A DNA stretch of 64,000 bases from an uncultured Lachnospiraceae bacterium (GTDB taxonomy: Bacteria > Bacillota > Clostridia > Lachnospirales > Lachnospiraceae), in contig CAZSQM010000005.1 in NCBI GenBank assembly GCA_964609025.1, positions 35,402-99,401 of the forward strand, written 5' to 3'. A program made the position numbers and the translations under genes. The notes under the pieces were generated by a model. The model was not told the DNA's origin. It saw only the letters and a program-made list of their open reading frames with translations, and did no database searches. This document shows positions 28,415 to 38,219 of the stretch, piece by piece. Each line of letters begins with the position of its first letter. Position 1 is the first letter of the stretch.

Positions 28415-30976
28415 TTACAGTGCCTTCTCCCAAAAATCCCGCAGTGCCTCCGGCAAGGAAGACAGCGTTACGGTTTTATACGGATACCATTCTTTCGGAA
28501 ACAGCGCCGTATACTGTCCTCCGGCAAACCGTTCGTCCAATAAAAGCACCGCCCCCTTATCCTCCATCGTACGAATGACACGTCCCGCCGCCTGCTGCAC
28601 CTTATTCATGCCCGGATAAAGATACGCCCGTTCAAAGCCGCTTCCGTTCTTTTCGTCGTAATACCGGCGAAACAGCTCCCGCTCATCGCACACAAGCGGA
28701 AGTCCCGTTCCGACAATCGCCGCGCCGATCAGCCGTTCCCCTTTTAAGTCGATTCCTTCGCCGAATACGCCGCCCAGCACGCAAAGGCCGAGATGTGTTT
28801 CCCTTGCGTCTGCGGAAAATGCCGCCAAAAACTCCTCCCGCTCCTGTTCGGTCATCCCGGTTCTCTGCCGGTGTAACATGATCGGAACATCCAAAGCCTC
28901 GTTTCCCGTTTGATCCGTGTCATCAGACAGCAAATTCAGCCGCTGTTCCAGAAGTGCTCCGACCTCCGCCAACATCCGGTAGGAAGAAAAAAACACAAGA
29001 TAATTTCCCTGCTTTGCCGCTATAAATTCCAAAAGATACTCCACCGTCTTTTCGTACATTTCCCGCCCGCGGTTCGTATAGCGGTAGCTGACATCCGTAC
29101 CGACAAACAGCCCGCGCCGTTCCTTCAAAAACGGGGACGGTATGTAAATCGCATAGTCCTCCTCGGTACCCCCAAGCTCCTCCATATAGTAGCGCACCGG
29201 AAGAAGCGTGGCAGAGAAAAACACCGCGCATTTTCCTTTCTTTAACTGCTCCGCAAGGGCGCGGGCCGGCTGCATGCACTGTACCCGCACATAAAAGGAA
29301 CCGTCCTCTCCGTACGAAGCATAATACCGGTAGTCCTCACCGGAAAAATCGTACATCGCCAGAAAATGCCTTGCCGCAAAATAGAGATTTAAGACCGCTT
29401 CCCGCTCCGTGCCGGGGCGCTTTTCCTCTTTTAAATACTCCTCGCACTCCGTCATAAAGCGCAGCAGCGTCAGCGCCAGAGTGCCAAATTCCTTCTGCTC
29501 CGTAAAAGAATCGCACTCTCGTTTCAGCCGCAGCAGTTCCTTGTTACAGGCCTCCAGCTGTTTTGTCAGCTTCGGCGCCTGTTTCCCGAGCAGACGTTTT
29601 ACCGTCAGAAATTCTTCCTTCCAAAGCGTCGCGCTGTACATTTCCCTTGCCCGTTCGGGAAGATTATGCGCTTCATCTATCAAAAACACATAGTTGTTTT
29701 TCTGCTCTCCCGCAAAAAAGCGCTTTAACGCCACGTTCGGGTCAAACACATAATTATAGTCGCAGATGACCGCGTCCGCCCAAAGCGTTAAATCAAGACA
29801 CAGTTCAAACGGACAGACCGAATACTGTTCGGCATACCGTTCCACAATTTCTCTCGTTATCGTTCTTTCTTTCGTAAGAATCTCAAAAATCACATCGTTT
29901 ACCCGGTCAAAGTGTCCCTTCGCCCGCGGGCAGGAAAAGGGGTTGCACTCCGGCTTTTCCAAAACACAGATTTTTTCCTTCGCCGTAATCGTTACGGTTT
30001 TAAAGCGTAAGCCATGCTCCGCAAGCAGGGAAAAGGTTTCCTCCGCCACCGTCCGCACCACGGTCTTTGCCGTTAAATAAAACAGTTTCTCCGCCACCGA
30101 CTCTCCGACCGCCTTTACCGCCGGAAATACGGTGGAAATCGTTTTACCGACGCCGGTAGGTGCCATGGCAAACAGCTTCTTTTCCCGCAGAATCGAGCGG
30201 TAAACCCCCGCCGCAAAGTCCCGCTGGCCCTCCCGGTAAGGGAACGGAAACTGTAATTCCTTTACGGAGGCGTTCCGCTGCTTTTTCCAGCGGCGCTCCC
30301 ATGCCGCCCATTTCGCATACTCCTTTATCAGCGCGGCAAACCATGCCGACAGCTCGGAAAGCGTAAGCTCCTCCGAAAAACGTTTCATCTGCTCCGTTTC
30401 AAGATTACAATAGGTAAGCTGTACTCCGGCTGTCAGCGCATCGCCGTTTTCCGGAGCTTCCTCCGACCGGCTCCGCACAGCTTTTGTATCCGGCTCCGGC
30501 CGGACAATGCCCCCTTCCTTTACCGCAAGCATATAGGCGTAACACCTTGCCTGCGCCAAATGCACCTGCTCCGCAGCCTCAAACTGATTAACGTCCCGGT
30601 AGGTGCATTTGATTTCGTCAATTATAAATCCGCCGTCCTCCCGCCGGATTACGCCGTCGGCTCTGCCCTCGATTACAAGCCAAAACCGCTCCTCCTCATC
30701 CAGTAACGGCACGGAAACGGAAAGCGGAACTTCCGCAGTATAATTGCTTCCCATTCCTTTTTGCAGTTTACGGTGCAGTCTGCTTCCCGCCTGCATCACG
30801 TCCGCGTCCATGCGCCCCGTTCCGCTGTCAATATCGCCGGAGCGCATAATAAACTCAACAAGCGTCCGCACGGATACCTTTACGGTATCTGTTGCCGACG
30901 CTTGTTTCGTATCTTCCGCTAAAAGTCCGGTTGCCTTCTTTTCCGCCATGCCCTTTTCCCCCGACGCACTGCTCAT
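28415..30976 (-). CDS. Fusion protein with an N-terminal PD-(D/E)XK RecB/Cas4-like nuclease domain and a C-terminal XPD/Rad3/DinG-like SF2 helicase
   Basis: Nuclease motifs GRADGV (motif II), IDEIK (ExK) and QARCYAYML (QxxxY). Helicase motif I is APTGVGKT. A Cys cluster (CVLEKPECNPFSC) and CDYNYVFDP are typical of XPD. The DEAH box is FLIDEAHNL. The C-terminus reads QAAGRVIRT. 853 aa. Confidence 0.75.
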   Translation of the reverse strand: MSSASGEKGMAEKKATGLLAEDTKQASATDTVKVSVRTLVEFIMRSGDIDSGTGRMDADVMQAGSRLHRKLQKGMGSNYTAEVPLSVSVPLLDEEERFWLVIEGRADGVIRREDGGFIIDEIKCTYRDVNQFEAAEQVHLAQARCYAYMLAVKEGGIVRPEPDTKAVRSRSEEAPENGDALTAGVQLTYCNLETEQMKRFSEELTLSELSAWFAALIKEYAKWAAWERRWKKQRNASVKELQFPFPYREGQRDFAAGVYRSILREKKLFAMAPTGVGKTISTVFPAVKAVGESVAEKLFYLTAKTVVRTVAEETFSLLAEHGLRFKTVTITAKEKICVLEKPECNPFSCPRAKGHFDRVNDVIFEILTKERTITREIVERYAEQYSVCPFELCLDLTLWADAVICDYNYVFDPNVALKRFFAGEQKNNYVFLIDEAHNLPERAREMYSATLWKEEFLTVKRLLGKQAPKLTKQLEACNKELLRLKRECDSFTEQKEFGTLALTLLRFMTECEEYLKEEKRPGTEREAVLNLYFAARHFLAMYDFSGEDYRYYASYGEDGSFYVRVQCMQPARALAEQLKKGKCAVFFSATLLPVRYYMEELGGTEEDYAIYIPSPFLKERRGLFVGTDVSYRYTNRGREMYEKTVEYLLEFIAAKQGNYLVFFSSYRMLAEVGALLEQRLNLLSDDTDQTGNEALDVPIMLHRQRTGMTEQEREEFLAAFSADARETHLGLCVLGGVFGEGIDLKGERLIGAAIVGTGLPLVCDERELFRRYYDEKNGSGFERAYLYPGMNKVQQAAGRVIRTMEDKGAVLLLDERFAGGQYTALFPKEWYPYKTVTLSSLPEALRDFWEKAL

Positions 30977-31059
30977 TTTCGAGTATTGATTCGGGTGTCA
31001 AACGGTAGCTTCCGATTACGGAACTTTGGTATCAGAACATGTTTTTTGGCACCCAAATC

Positions 31060-31088
31060 ATTTTATCACATTAGCAGAAAGAAAGCAA
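31060..31088 (-). promoter_or_regulatory. Candidate sigma-A promoter for the helicase/MutS-like operon
   Basis: Minus-strand -35 TTGCTT (31083-31088), a 17-nt spacer, and an extended -10 TGaTAAAAT (31060-31065). It lies about 85 nt upstream of the ATG. Confidence 0.35.
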
Positions 31089-31200
31089 ACCGCTGGGCGT
31101 ACAGACAAAACTTTTACATGCCGTAATTTTTCTTAATGTCATCCTCCTTTCCTCTTAAGGCAAAACCACTACGCTGTGAGAGAGTCAATACTTAAATTCA

Positions 31201-31255
31201 TAAAAAACGAAAGGCTGTCACCCGAACTGCGTAGCAGTTCGGGTGACAGCCCCTT
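31201..31255 (-). terminator. Strong rho-independent terminator of the nfeD-flotillin operon
   Basis: Perfect 18-bp stem ggctgtcacccgaactgc / gcagttcgggtgacagcc with a 3-nt loop. It is followed on the minus strand by tttcgtttttta. Confidence 0.8.
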
Positions 31256-31298
31256 TTGAAACCTTACTCAAGTCACTCCCGACCGATTGATGTACCCA

Positions 31299-32702
31299 TT
31301 ACGCCTCTGCCTGTTCCGGGGCTTCCGCCTTTCCTTCTGCGGTCGCCTCCTCTTTCTCTTTCCCTAAGAAATTCGGAAGTTCCATGCCAACCTGCTTAAA
31401 TACCTCATTTAACGGCGGCACTGCCTGCATCATACCGGAGAGGAAGCCGGAGGTAGCGGTCTTACCGTCGGCATTCTTTCCGCCATCCCAAACCGTAACC
31501 TTATCAATCTTAATGTTCTTAATTGCATCAACCTGAATCTGGAGAAGCTGTTCCATCTTATCCGCAAGGATGAGCTTCACGGCATTGTCTGCCTCTCCGC
31601 CGGCAGCCTCCACGAGCTTACGCATACCTTCTGCCTGCTTCTCTAACAACTCCTGTGTACCGCGAGCCTCTGCGGACATCTTTGCAAAGATAGCGTCCGC
31701 TTCACCCTGTGCCTTACGTCTTGCAACTTCTGCCTCCGCATCTGCCTCAATCTGTGCCTGCTCTTTTGCAATCTGTGCCTTTACGATGACATCTGCCTGC
31801 TGGGTTGCCATCTCAAGCTGTGCACGGGTCTGCTCTGCTTCCTGCTGTGCGATGTAGGCTTCCTGCTTTGCCTTTGCCGCCTGTACCGCCTCGGCTGCGG
31901 TTGCGATACGAAGTGCCTCTGCCTCTTTTTCACGACGGTTTGCCTCGGACTGTGCCACTTCAATCTTCGCATCGTTTTCACCCTGAATCGCGCTTGCGTC
32001 CGCAGCAGCCACCTGGATACGCTGATCCTTTCTTGCCAGTGCTTGACCGATTTCACCGTCCCTGTCCTTCTCGGCAACATTCTTCTTTGCGTCGTTGATT
32101 GCCTTTGCTGCTGCCTCCTTACCGAGCGCCTCAATGTACCCGGACTCATCGGTAATATCCGTTACGTTTACGTTGATGAGTCTAAGACCAATCTTCTTTA
32201 ACTCGATTTCCACGTTTTTGGAAACCGCTAATAAGAATTTATCACGATCCGTATTGATTTCCTCGATTTCCATAGTAGCGATAACAAGACGCAGCTGACC
32301 GAAAATAATATCCTTTGCCAGTTCCTGAATCTCATTTAACTTTAACCCAAGCAGGCGCTCTGCCGCATTCTGCATGATACCGTCCTCCGTGGAAATACCG
32401 ACGGTAAACCGGGACGGTACGTCTACACGGATGTTCTGTTTGGAAAGTGCATTTCTTAAATCTACATTTAATGAAATCGGTGTTAAATCCAAATACTGAT
32501 AGGACTGAATCACCGGTACTACGAAAGCTGCTCCGCCGTGAATACACTTTGCGCTTCTCGGCTGTCCGTTCTTATCCGTACCGACTTTACCGTAGATAAC
32601 CATAACCTTATCCGACGGGCACTTACGATACCGGGATAACACACCGGCAAATGCCGCAAATACCAAAAGTGCGATTACAACAGCCAAAATCATCGGTTCC
32701 AT
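31299..32702 (-). CDS. floT: Flotillin-like SPFH/band-7 protein (FloT/YuaG family)
   Basis: An N-terminal TM helix and SPFH domain are followed by a long A/E/Q-rich coiled-coil. 467 aa. It sits downstream of an NfeD-like gene. Confidence 0.8.
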   Translation of the reverse strand: MEPMILAVVIALLVFAAFAGVLSRYRKCPSDKVMVIYGKVGTDKNGQPRSAKCIHGGAAFVVPVIQSYQYLDLTPISLNVDLRNALSKQNIRVDVPSRFTVGISTEDGIMQNAAERLLGLKLNEIQELAKDIIFGQLRLVIATMEIEEINTDRDKFLLAVSKNVEIELKKIGLRLINVNVTDITDESGYIEALGKEAAAKAINDAKKNVAEKDRDGEIGQALARKDQRIQVAAADASAIQGENDAKIEVAQSEANRREKEAEALRIATAAEAVQAAKAKQEAYIAQQEAEQTRAQLEMATQQADVIVKAQIAKEQAQIEADAEAEVARRKAQGEADAIFAKMSAEARGTQELLEKQAEGMRKLVEAAGGEADNAVKLILADKMEQLLQIQVDAIKNIKIDKVTVWDGGKNADGKTATSGFLSGMMQAVPPLNEVFKQVGMELPNFLGKEKEEATAEGKAEAPEQAEA

Positions 32703-32759
32703 TATTAAATCCTCCTTTAATCATCATACTCATTTTCCTGCTACATGATTCTGCTACAA

Positions 32760-33407
32760 TTATAAATCCTGCTCTACCACTACCACATCCCCCCGCACAT
32801 CCACAATCCGGACTCTGCTTCCGCTCGGAATTGCCTGATTTCCTTCGGTAATCGCATCCACTTCCGCAAAATGTGAAGCACTGCTTAAGGTTACCTTTCC
32901 GCCGCTCTCCCCGGACGGTAAAACAGTCAAATATACCTGTGCCGTTTCACCGATTACAGACTTCAGCCGGAAAGTACCGTTCTCCGCAAGCCGTGCCATC
33001 AGCTGTAACAGCTTTGCAAGCACATACATCATAATCACGCCACAGACAAAACCAATCAGCAGCGCTGCCGCATCCGGCATTTCGGTCTTCACACAGACTA
33101 ACGCCACCCACGAAAAGGTCGTTAAAAATGCAACTACGCCTTGCATGGTAAACAGCTTCAGTGTGCCGACATCCGACGGACTGAGTTCACCTACATCCAC
33201 ATCTGCCAAATCTCCCGCGGAAACATCCTCCGGCATATCCAGGTCAAGTCCGGATGTATCGCTGGGATTAAAGTCACCGCCGCCTGCCCCGTCTCCGAAT
33301 CCCATGATCACCAATACCGTCTGTATAATCAGAATCAGTGTCGCCGGGATTGCAATACAATAAAGTACCTTTTGCAGGACGCTTAGAGCTTCCCACCAAG
33401 CATTCAT
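32760..33407 (-). CDS. NfeD-like membrane protein (YuaF family), partner of flotillin
   Basis: Start at ATG 33407 after GGAGGGAAGG. TM helices are followed by a C-terminal OB-fold-like segment. The nfeD-flotillin order is conserved. Confidence 0.65.
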   Translation of the reverse strand: MNAWWEALSVLQKVLYCIAIPATLILIIQTVLVIMGFGDGAGGGDFNPSDTSGLDLDMPEDVSAGDLADVDVGELSPSDVGTLKLFTMQGVVAFLTTFSWVALVCVKTEMPDAAALLIGFVCGVIMMYVLAKLLQLMARLAENGTFRLKSVIGETAQVYLTVLPSGESGGKVTLSSASHFAEVDAITEGNQAIPSGSRVRIVDVRGDVVVVEQDL

Positions 33408-33618
33408 ATTCCTTCCCTCCTTCTCCCCTCGAAAAGTTATGGGGTAAATATAATTTACTTTATAATACCATTTTATTCTTCCATTGTCAATGCCTCTTCC
33501 CGACATTTTTCTTTTTTTCTCCACTTGCTTTTTCTGTTTTTTATGCTATAATAAAGTAAATTTCATTTACCAATAGTGAATCCTTTTGTCAAAATAAATG
33601 TGAAGGGAGGCTGCCTGT

Positions 33619-34230
33619 ATGGATTCCAAACTACTCGGACAACGAATTAAAGAGGCGCGGCTCGCAAAAAAAATGACCCAGAGTGAAGTCGTGGGTTCCT
33701 TTATTACAAGAAATATGCTCAGCCAGATTGAAAGCGGCAACGCGGTTCCGTCCATGAAAACCCTGACCTATCTTGCAAAGGTGTTGGAACTGCCTCCTGC
33801 GTTACTGTTGCAGGAGGAGTGTGCGGACTCCGAAAAAACAGCGGAGGCATCTCATGACGCCCCGATGCTCTCCGGCGCCCTTTCCGCCGACTCTTTTGAG
33901 GTTTCGTCCGAGCCGCTTACCTTTCTTCATGCAAAAGAAGCCTATCTGGCAGGAGAGGATGCCAACGCCTATTCCCTGCTGAAAAGCATTCCGGAGGATT
34001 CCCCGTTAGCGGATGAAGCCGCTGCCCTTCTCACAAGAGTCACTCTGCGCCTTGCAGCCGCTTCTTGCGCTTCTTCCGACTTTGAAGCTGCGTTAGAAAT
34101 GGCAAAAGAGGCAGAACAATCTGCCTCTAAAGGTCTGTACGCTTCCGCCGGGTTAAAAACGGAAGCGCTCCTATTGTTGTCGGATATTGCCGCAAAGCTG
34201 GCAAAGAACAATCCTTTACTCGCTCCGTAA
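33619..34230 (+). CDS. XRE-family HTH transcriptional regulator with a C-terminal TPR-like helical domain
   Basis: LLGQRIKEARLAKKMTQSEVVG...NMLSQIESG is the HTH_3 signature. Confidence 0.7.
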   Translation: MDSKLLGQRIKEARLAKKMTQSEVVGSFITRNMLSQIESGNAVPSMKTLTYLAKVLELPPALLLQEECADSEKTAEASHDAPMLSGALSADSFEVSSEPLTFLHAKEAYLAGEDANAYSLLKSIPEDSPLADEAAALLTRVTLRLAAASCASSDFEAALEMAKEAEQSASKGLYASAGLKTEALLLLSDIAAKLAKNNPLLAP

Positions 34231-37152
34231 TGCAATCACCGGGTCCTTCTTTGCCGCCACCTTCGACGGGAACAGACCCGCGATAAAGGTTAACAGCATG
34301 CTAATCAGCACAAGAATCACGCCTGCTCCCACCGGAAGAATTGCATTCAGGTTTCCGATTCCCGTTACGGAATGCAGAATAATGTTAATCAATACAATCA
34401 ACAGCAATGTCACCAGGATACCGATTGCCCCCGAGGTAAAACCGACAATAATCGTTTCTGCGTTAAACACGCGGGAAATATCCCTCTTTGACGCGCCGAT
34501 CGCACGCAGAATACCAATCTCCTTCGTACGTTCCAGCACAGAGATATAGGTAATAATACCAATCATAATCGAGGATACCACAAGAGAGATTGCCACAAAC
34601 GCAATCAGCACATAGGAAATTGCATTGATTACGGTGGTAATGGAGGACATCAGGAGCGCTACATAGTCCGTATACTCAATCACGTCTTCCTCCGCCACGG
34701 TTTCATTGTATTCGGCAATCAGGTCCGCAATCCTGTCTTTATTTTCAAAGGTCTCCGCATAAATGTTAATTACAGACGGGTTCTCCGGGTCGGCATAACC
34801 GAGAAGTTTTAAGTTCTCTTCATAAGTAGAAGCCGAATACTTCTTCGGAAGATAGCTTTCATAAAAAGCCGCATACTCCTCGGTCGTAAACTCCGCCGTG
34901 TCAAACAGCGCCGCAAGCTGCTCCGCCGTCATCGTGCTCAAATTCGCCTGTACGCCCTTTGCATACTCTGCCGCAGCCATCGCGGAAATCACCTGTGCCG
35001 CATAGTTCTGTAAGGTTGCCTCATCCATCCCGGCAACATAGGTTTCTACCTGTGCCGCGTCAACTCCCATCTGCTGTGCGAACGCCTGCACCAGCATTCC
35101 GCGGATTTCAGCCTCGCTCATCGCCGACAACTGGGCGGTAACTACCTGCTGCAAATAAAGCTCCGACGGCATCGACATAATCTCGCCGTACAAAACCGCT
35201 TTCTCGCTACTTGTAAGGGCGGAAAAATACGTCCGTACCGCCTCCGCCTTCTCCTCCGGAGAAAGTTCTTCTTCCTCACCGGTTTCAAACGGTAAGCCCG
35301 TAATGATATCCGTTGTCTTATCCGCAAGCTGAGCCTGCAAAATCTCAGACTCGCTGTTTATGCGCATCACATACTCCGTCAAAGCACCGGTATAGGCAAT
35401 GGCACCGTTCATGGAGGTTGCCACTGCGTCCTCGTTCGGCCGTAAAATGCCCACCACCTTCAAATCAAAACCGGCACTGTCGTAAAGATAGGACAGCCCT
35501 GCCTCGCTCGCAGTCAGGTCAACATAGCTTCCGTCACCCTGCTTCTGGTACTTCTCCGCTCCCGGAATCACGCGGAACTTCATATTACAGATTTCCTCAT
35601 AGGTCCAAGGACCAATGTTTTGCGCAATCTGCTCTCCGCTCATGGAAGCCTCCATAGATTCCATTAACGTATCCATCGTCGTAAGACCAAGCGCATACAA
35701 TACCATATCGCTGATTTCATTTTTACTGTTTACCAATAAAACAACTTCATCGTAAGCAGTCGGCCATGTACCGTAAATGACATCGTACTGCTCCTTTACC
35801 ATATCGCTGACAAGCTCACCGTTCTCACCGGCTAACATCTCGTCCCACACATCCATTCCTGCGGACATGGAGCTCATGCTCTCCATCATATTACTGGAAA
35901 CGCCGTACGAATTCATCATCATCCTCATCAATTCCATCACATCCGACTTCATTACCTTGCCGTCCGCGTCCTTCGTATACACGCTCATATCCATGTCATA
36001 AGAATACTGTACCGAAGAAATATAACTCCGCAATTCTTCATTTTCTTCCAGATAGGTTTTAAACGCCTTCAGGTTATTCGTTCTGGTTTCCATGTTATTT
36101 AAGGAATTCAGCATATCGTACATTGTGGAATTCGCATAAACCTTATCCAACTCGTGCGGATTTAGCGACTCTCCCTCCTGATTGACGCCCATCATCGTTG
36201 CAAGCAGCACAGAGGAATCCACGGTTTCCGCTTCTATGGTAATCGGGTAACTGGACAACGTATCCCGCTGCACCGAATCAATATACGCCTGCACACCGGT
36301 AGAAACCGCCAGAATCAGCGCAATGCCGATAATACCGATCGAACCCGCAAAGGCGGTCATAAAAGTACGTCCCTTCTTCGTCAGAAGGTTGTTAAAGGAA
36401 AGGGAAAGCGCGGTAAAAAAGGACATGGAGGTCTTTTTTGTCTTCTTCTTTTCCGCAACCGGCTCCTCCTCTGCCTCATAAGGGTCGGAATCGCTGATAA
36501 TCTTACCGTCCAAAAGTCTTACGATACGGCTGGAATACTGCTCTGCCAGCTCCGGGTTATGCGTTACCATAATAATCAGCTTATCCTTGGAAATTTCCTT
36601 CAAAATCTCCATAATCTGAACGCTGGTTTCGCTGTCAAGCGCGCCGGTCGGTTCATCCGCAAGCAAAATGTCCGGATCATTTACCAAAGCTCGTGCAATC
36701 GCCACACGCTGCATCTGACCGCCGGACATCTGGTTCGGCTTCTTATTCAGCTGGTCGCCGAGGCCCACCTTTACAAGCGCCTCCTTCGCCCTTCTGCGGC
36801 GTTCCGATTTGGAAACTCCGGACAGCGTCAAAGCAAGCTCTACATTGGAAAGTACCGTCTGGTGCGGAATCAGATTGTAGCTTTGGAACACAAAACCGAT
36901 GGAGTGGTTCCGGTAGCTGTCCCAATCCGCGTCCTTAAAACGCTTCGTGGAAGTTCCGTTAATAATCAAATCTCCCTCGGTGTAGTGATCCAAACCGCCT
37001 ATAATGTTTAATAACGTCGTTTTTCCGCAGCCGGACTGTCCCAAAACGGAAACAAACTCACTCTTTCGGAACTGAATGCTGACGCCCTTCAATGCCGGAA
37101 TCGTCATATCGCCCACGCGGTAGTCTTTTACAATATTGCGTAATGTAAGCAT
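34216..37152 (-). CDS. ABC transporter ATP-binding protein fused to an FtsX-family permease (MacB-like) with a large extracytoplasmic domain
   Basis: ABC motifs GQSGCGKTT, LSGGQMQRVAIARAL and ILLADEPT. This is followed by a four-TM FtsX domain with a loop of about 500 aa. The start is at the ATG at 37152, preceded by AGGAGG. Confidence 0.8.
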   Translation of the reverse strand: MLTLRNIVKDYRVGDMTIPALKGVSIQFRKSEFVSVLGQSGCGKTTLLNIIGGLDHYTEGDLIINGTSTKRFKDADWDSYRNHSIGFVFQSYNLIPHQTVLSNVELALTLSGVSKSERRRRAKEALVKVGLGDQLNKKPNQMSGGQMQRVAIARALVNDPDILLADEPTGALDSETSVQIMEILKEISKDKLIIMVTHNPELAEQYSSRIVRLLDGKIISDSDPYEAEEEPVAEKKKTKKTSMSFFTALSLSFNNLLTKKGRTFMTAFAGSIGIIGIALILAVSTGVQAYIDSVQRDTLSSYPITIEAETVDSSVLLATMMGVNQEGESLNPHELDKVYANSTMYDMLNSLNNMETRTNNLKAFKTYLEENEELRSYISSVQYSYDMDMSVYTKDADGKVMKSDVMELMRMMMNSYGVSSNMMESMSSMSAGMDVWDEMLAGENGELVSDMVKEQYDVIYGTWPTAYDEVVLLVNSKNEISDMVLYALGLTTMDTLMESMEASMSGEQIAQNIGPWTYEEICNMKFRVIPGAEKYQKQGDGSYVDLTASEAGLSYLYDSAGFDLKVVGILRPNEDAVATSMNGAIAYTGALTEYVMRINSESEILQAQLADKTTDIITGLPFETGEEEELSPEEKAEAVRTYFSALTSSEKAVLYGEIMSMPSELYLQQVVTAQLSAMSEAEIRGMLVQAFAQQMGVDAAQVETYVAGMDEATLQNYAAQVISAMAAAEYAKGVQANLSTMTAEQLAALFDTAEFTTEEYAAFYESYLPKKYSASTYEENLKLLGYADPENPSVINIYAETFENKDRIADLIAEYNETVAEEDVIEYTDYVALLMSSITTVINAISYVLIAFVAISLVVSSIMIGIITYISVLERTKEIGILRAIGASKRDISRVFNAETIIVGFTSGAIGILVTLLLIVLINIILHSVTGIGNLNAILPVGAGVILVLISMLLTFIAGLFPSKVAAKKDPVIALRSE

Positions 37153-37391
37153 ACTGGCCTCCTGTTTTATTGTTACACCTTTCCAAAAACAAACTCTTCG
37201 CAACACGGCTTCGATTTCTATGTACCATATAAAAACTACAAAAAGAACTTCTTATAAAATAGCAGATTGTCATTTTTTCGTCAATAAGCTACCGCTAATT
37301 TAATAATTTCTTTAGGAAATTTCAGACGCAGGAAATAAATGGACATTTCCCGTATCACCATAGTATACTGTATCCATGCATAAAATTTTTT

Positions 37392-37419
37392 TGAACCTTT
37401 TTTCGTCCCGATTCGTATC
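37392..37419 (+). promoter_or_regulatory. ECF-sigma-type promoter, probably autoregulatory, upstream of the ECF sigma gene
   Basis: TGAACC (37392-37397), a 16-nt spacer, then CGTATC (37414-37419). This matches the SigW/SigY-type ECF consensus TGAAAC-N16-CGTA. It lies about 25 nt upstream of the sigma start. Confidence 0.55.
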
Positions 37420-37443
37420 TGTTAAGGAAAGGAGGGGCAGAAT

Positions 37444-37941
37444 TTGCTGAACCAATATATCGAGCAATACGGCAGACGGCTTTACGGACTTTGTATGAAG
37501 CTTTGCAAGAGCCCCGCCGAGGCGGACGATTTGTATCAGGAAACATGGCTGAAAGCGTGTCAGAAGTTCTCACAGTACGACCCTGCCCGTCCGTTCGAGG
37601 CATGGATTACCGGTATCTGTGTCAACGCCTACCGCGACCTGTTGCGCAAACGGCGGCGTTCTCCCGTATTTGACGGCTTTTCTACTACCGAAGAAAAAGA
37701 CCTTATCATGGGCGCTGTTGCGTTGCCGGAAAAAGAAGACTACTCCTATCTGCACACCGCCATCGACCGTTTACCGCAAAAAATGCGAACCACAGTCATC
37801 CTGCACTATTTTCACGGTCTTGACGAGGCGCGAACCGCCGAGGCCCTCGGTATTCCCGTCGGAACCGTAAAGTCCAGACTGCATCAGGCAAAGAAAAAAT
37901 TACGAAAGGAGCTTAGAGATGAATTCGATTTACAATTTTGA
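37444..37941 (+). CDS. ECF-subfamily RNA polymerase sigma-70 factor, SigY-like
   Basis: Sigma-70 regions 2 and 4 (DLYQETWLKA..., GIPVGTVKSRLHQAKKKLR). TTG start preceded by AAGGAAAGGAGGGG. Confidence 0.85.
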   Translation: MLNQYIEQYGRRLYGLCMKLCKSPAEADDLYQETWLKACQKFSQYDPARPFEAWITGICVNAYRDLLRKRRRSPVFDGFSTTEEKDLIMGAVALPEKEDYSYLHTAIDRLPQKMRTTVILHYFHGLDEARTAEALGIPVGTVKSRLHQAKKKLRKELRDEFDLQF

Positions 37942-38191
37942 AGAACACACACCTCCGAAACTCACGGAACAAATGTTACAGGCAGAATTAAACCGCCGGG
38001 CGCTTCACCGTCAGACGAAGTTACTCCGTCTTGCGGCGCTCCTTGTCAGTCTGTGCCTGCTGTTATTTTCTGCCATGATTTTTCCGTATTCACCGTTCCT
38101 GTCACTGGCAGGCAGTCTGTTTGTTGTACTTTGGCTGGCAGGCAGCAGCATTATCGGCCTTGTATTTTTTAAAACCGGACTATTATATTAA
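37919..38191 (+). CDS. Small membrane protein, candidate anti-sigma factor, overlapping the 3' end of the sigma gene
   Basis: 90 aa with two TM helices. Its ATG overlaps the last codons of the sigma gene, which suggests translational coupling. Confidence 0.4.
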   Translation: MNSIYNFEEHTPPKLTEQMLQAELNRRALHRQTKLLRLAALLVSLCLLLFSAMIFPYSPFLSLAGSLFVVLWLAGSSIIGLVFFKTGLLY

Positions 38192-38219
38192 AATAACTCA
38201 TTTCAGAAAGGAATTTATT

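Noticed and set aside
31570-32149. Three overlapping ORFs (31570-31857 +, 31781-32149 -, 31805-32098 +) inside the flotillin gene
   Set aside because: They are artefacts of the A/E/Q-rich coiled-coil codon repeats. Only the flotillin frame shows the SPFH domain.
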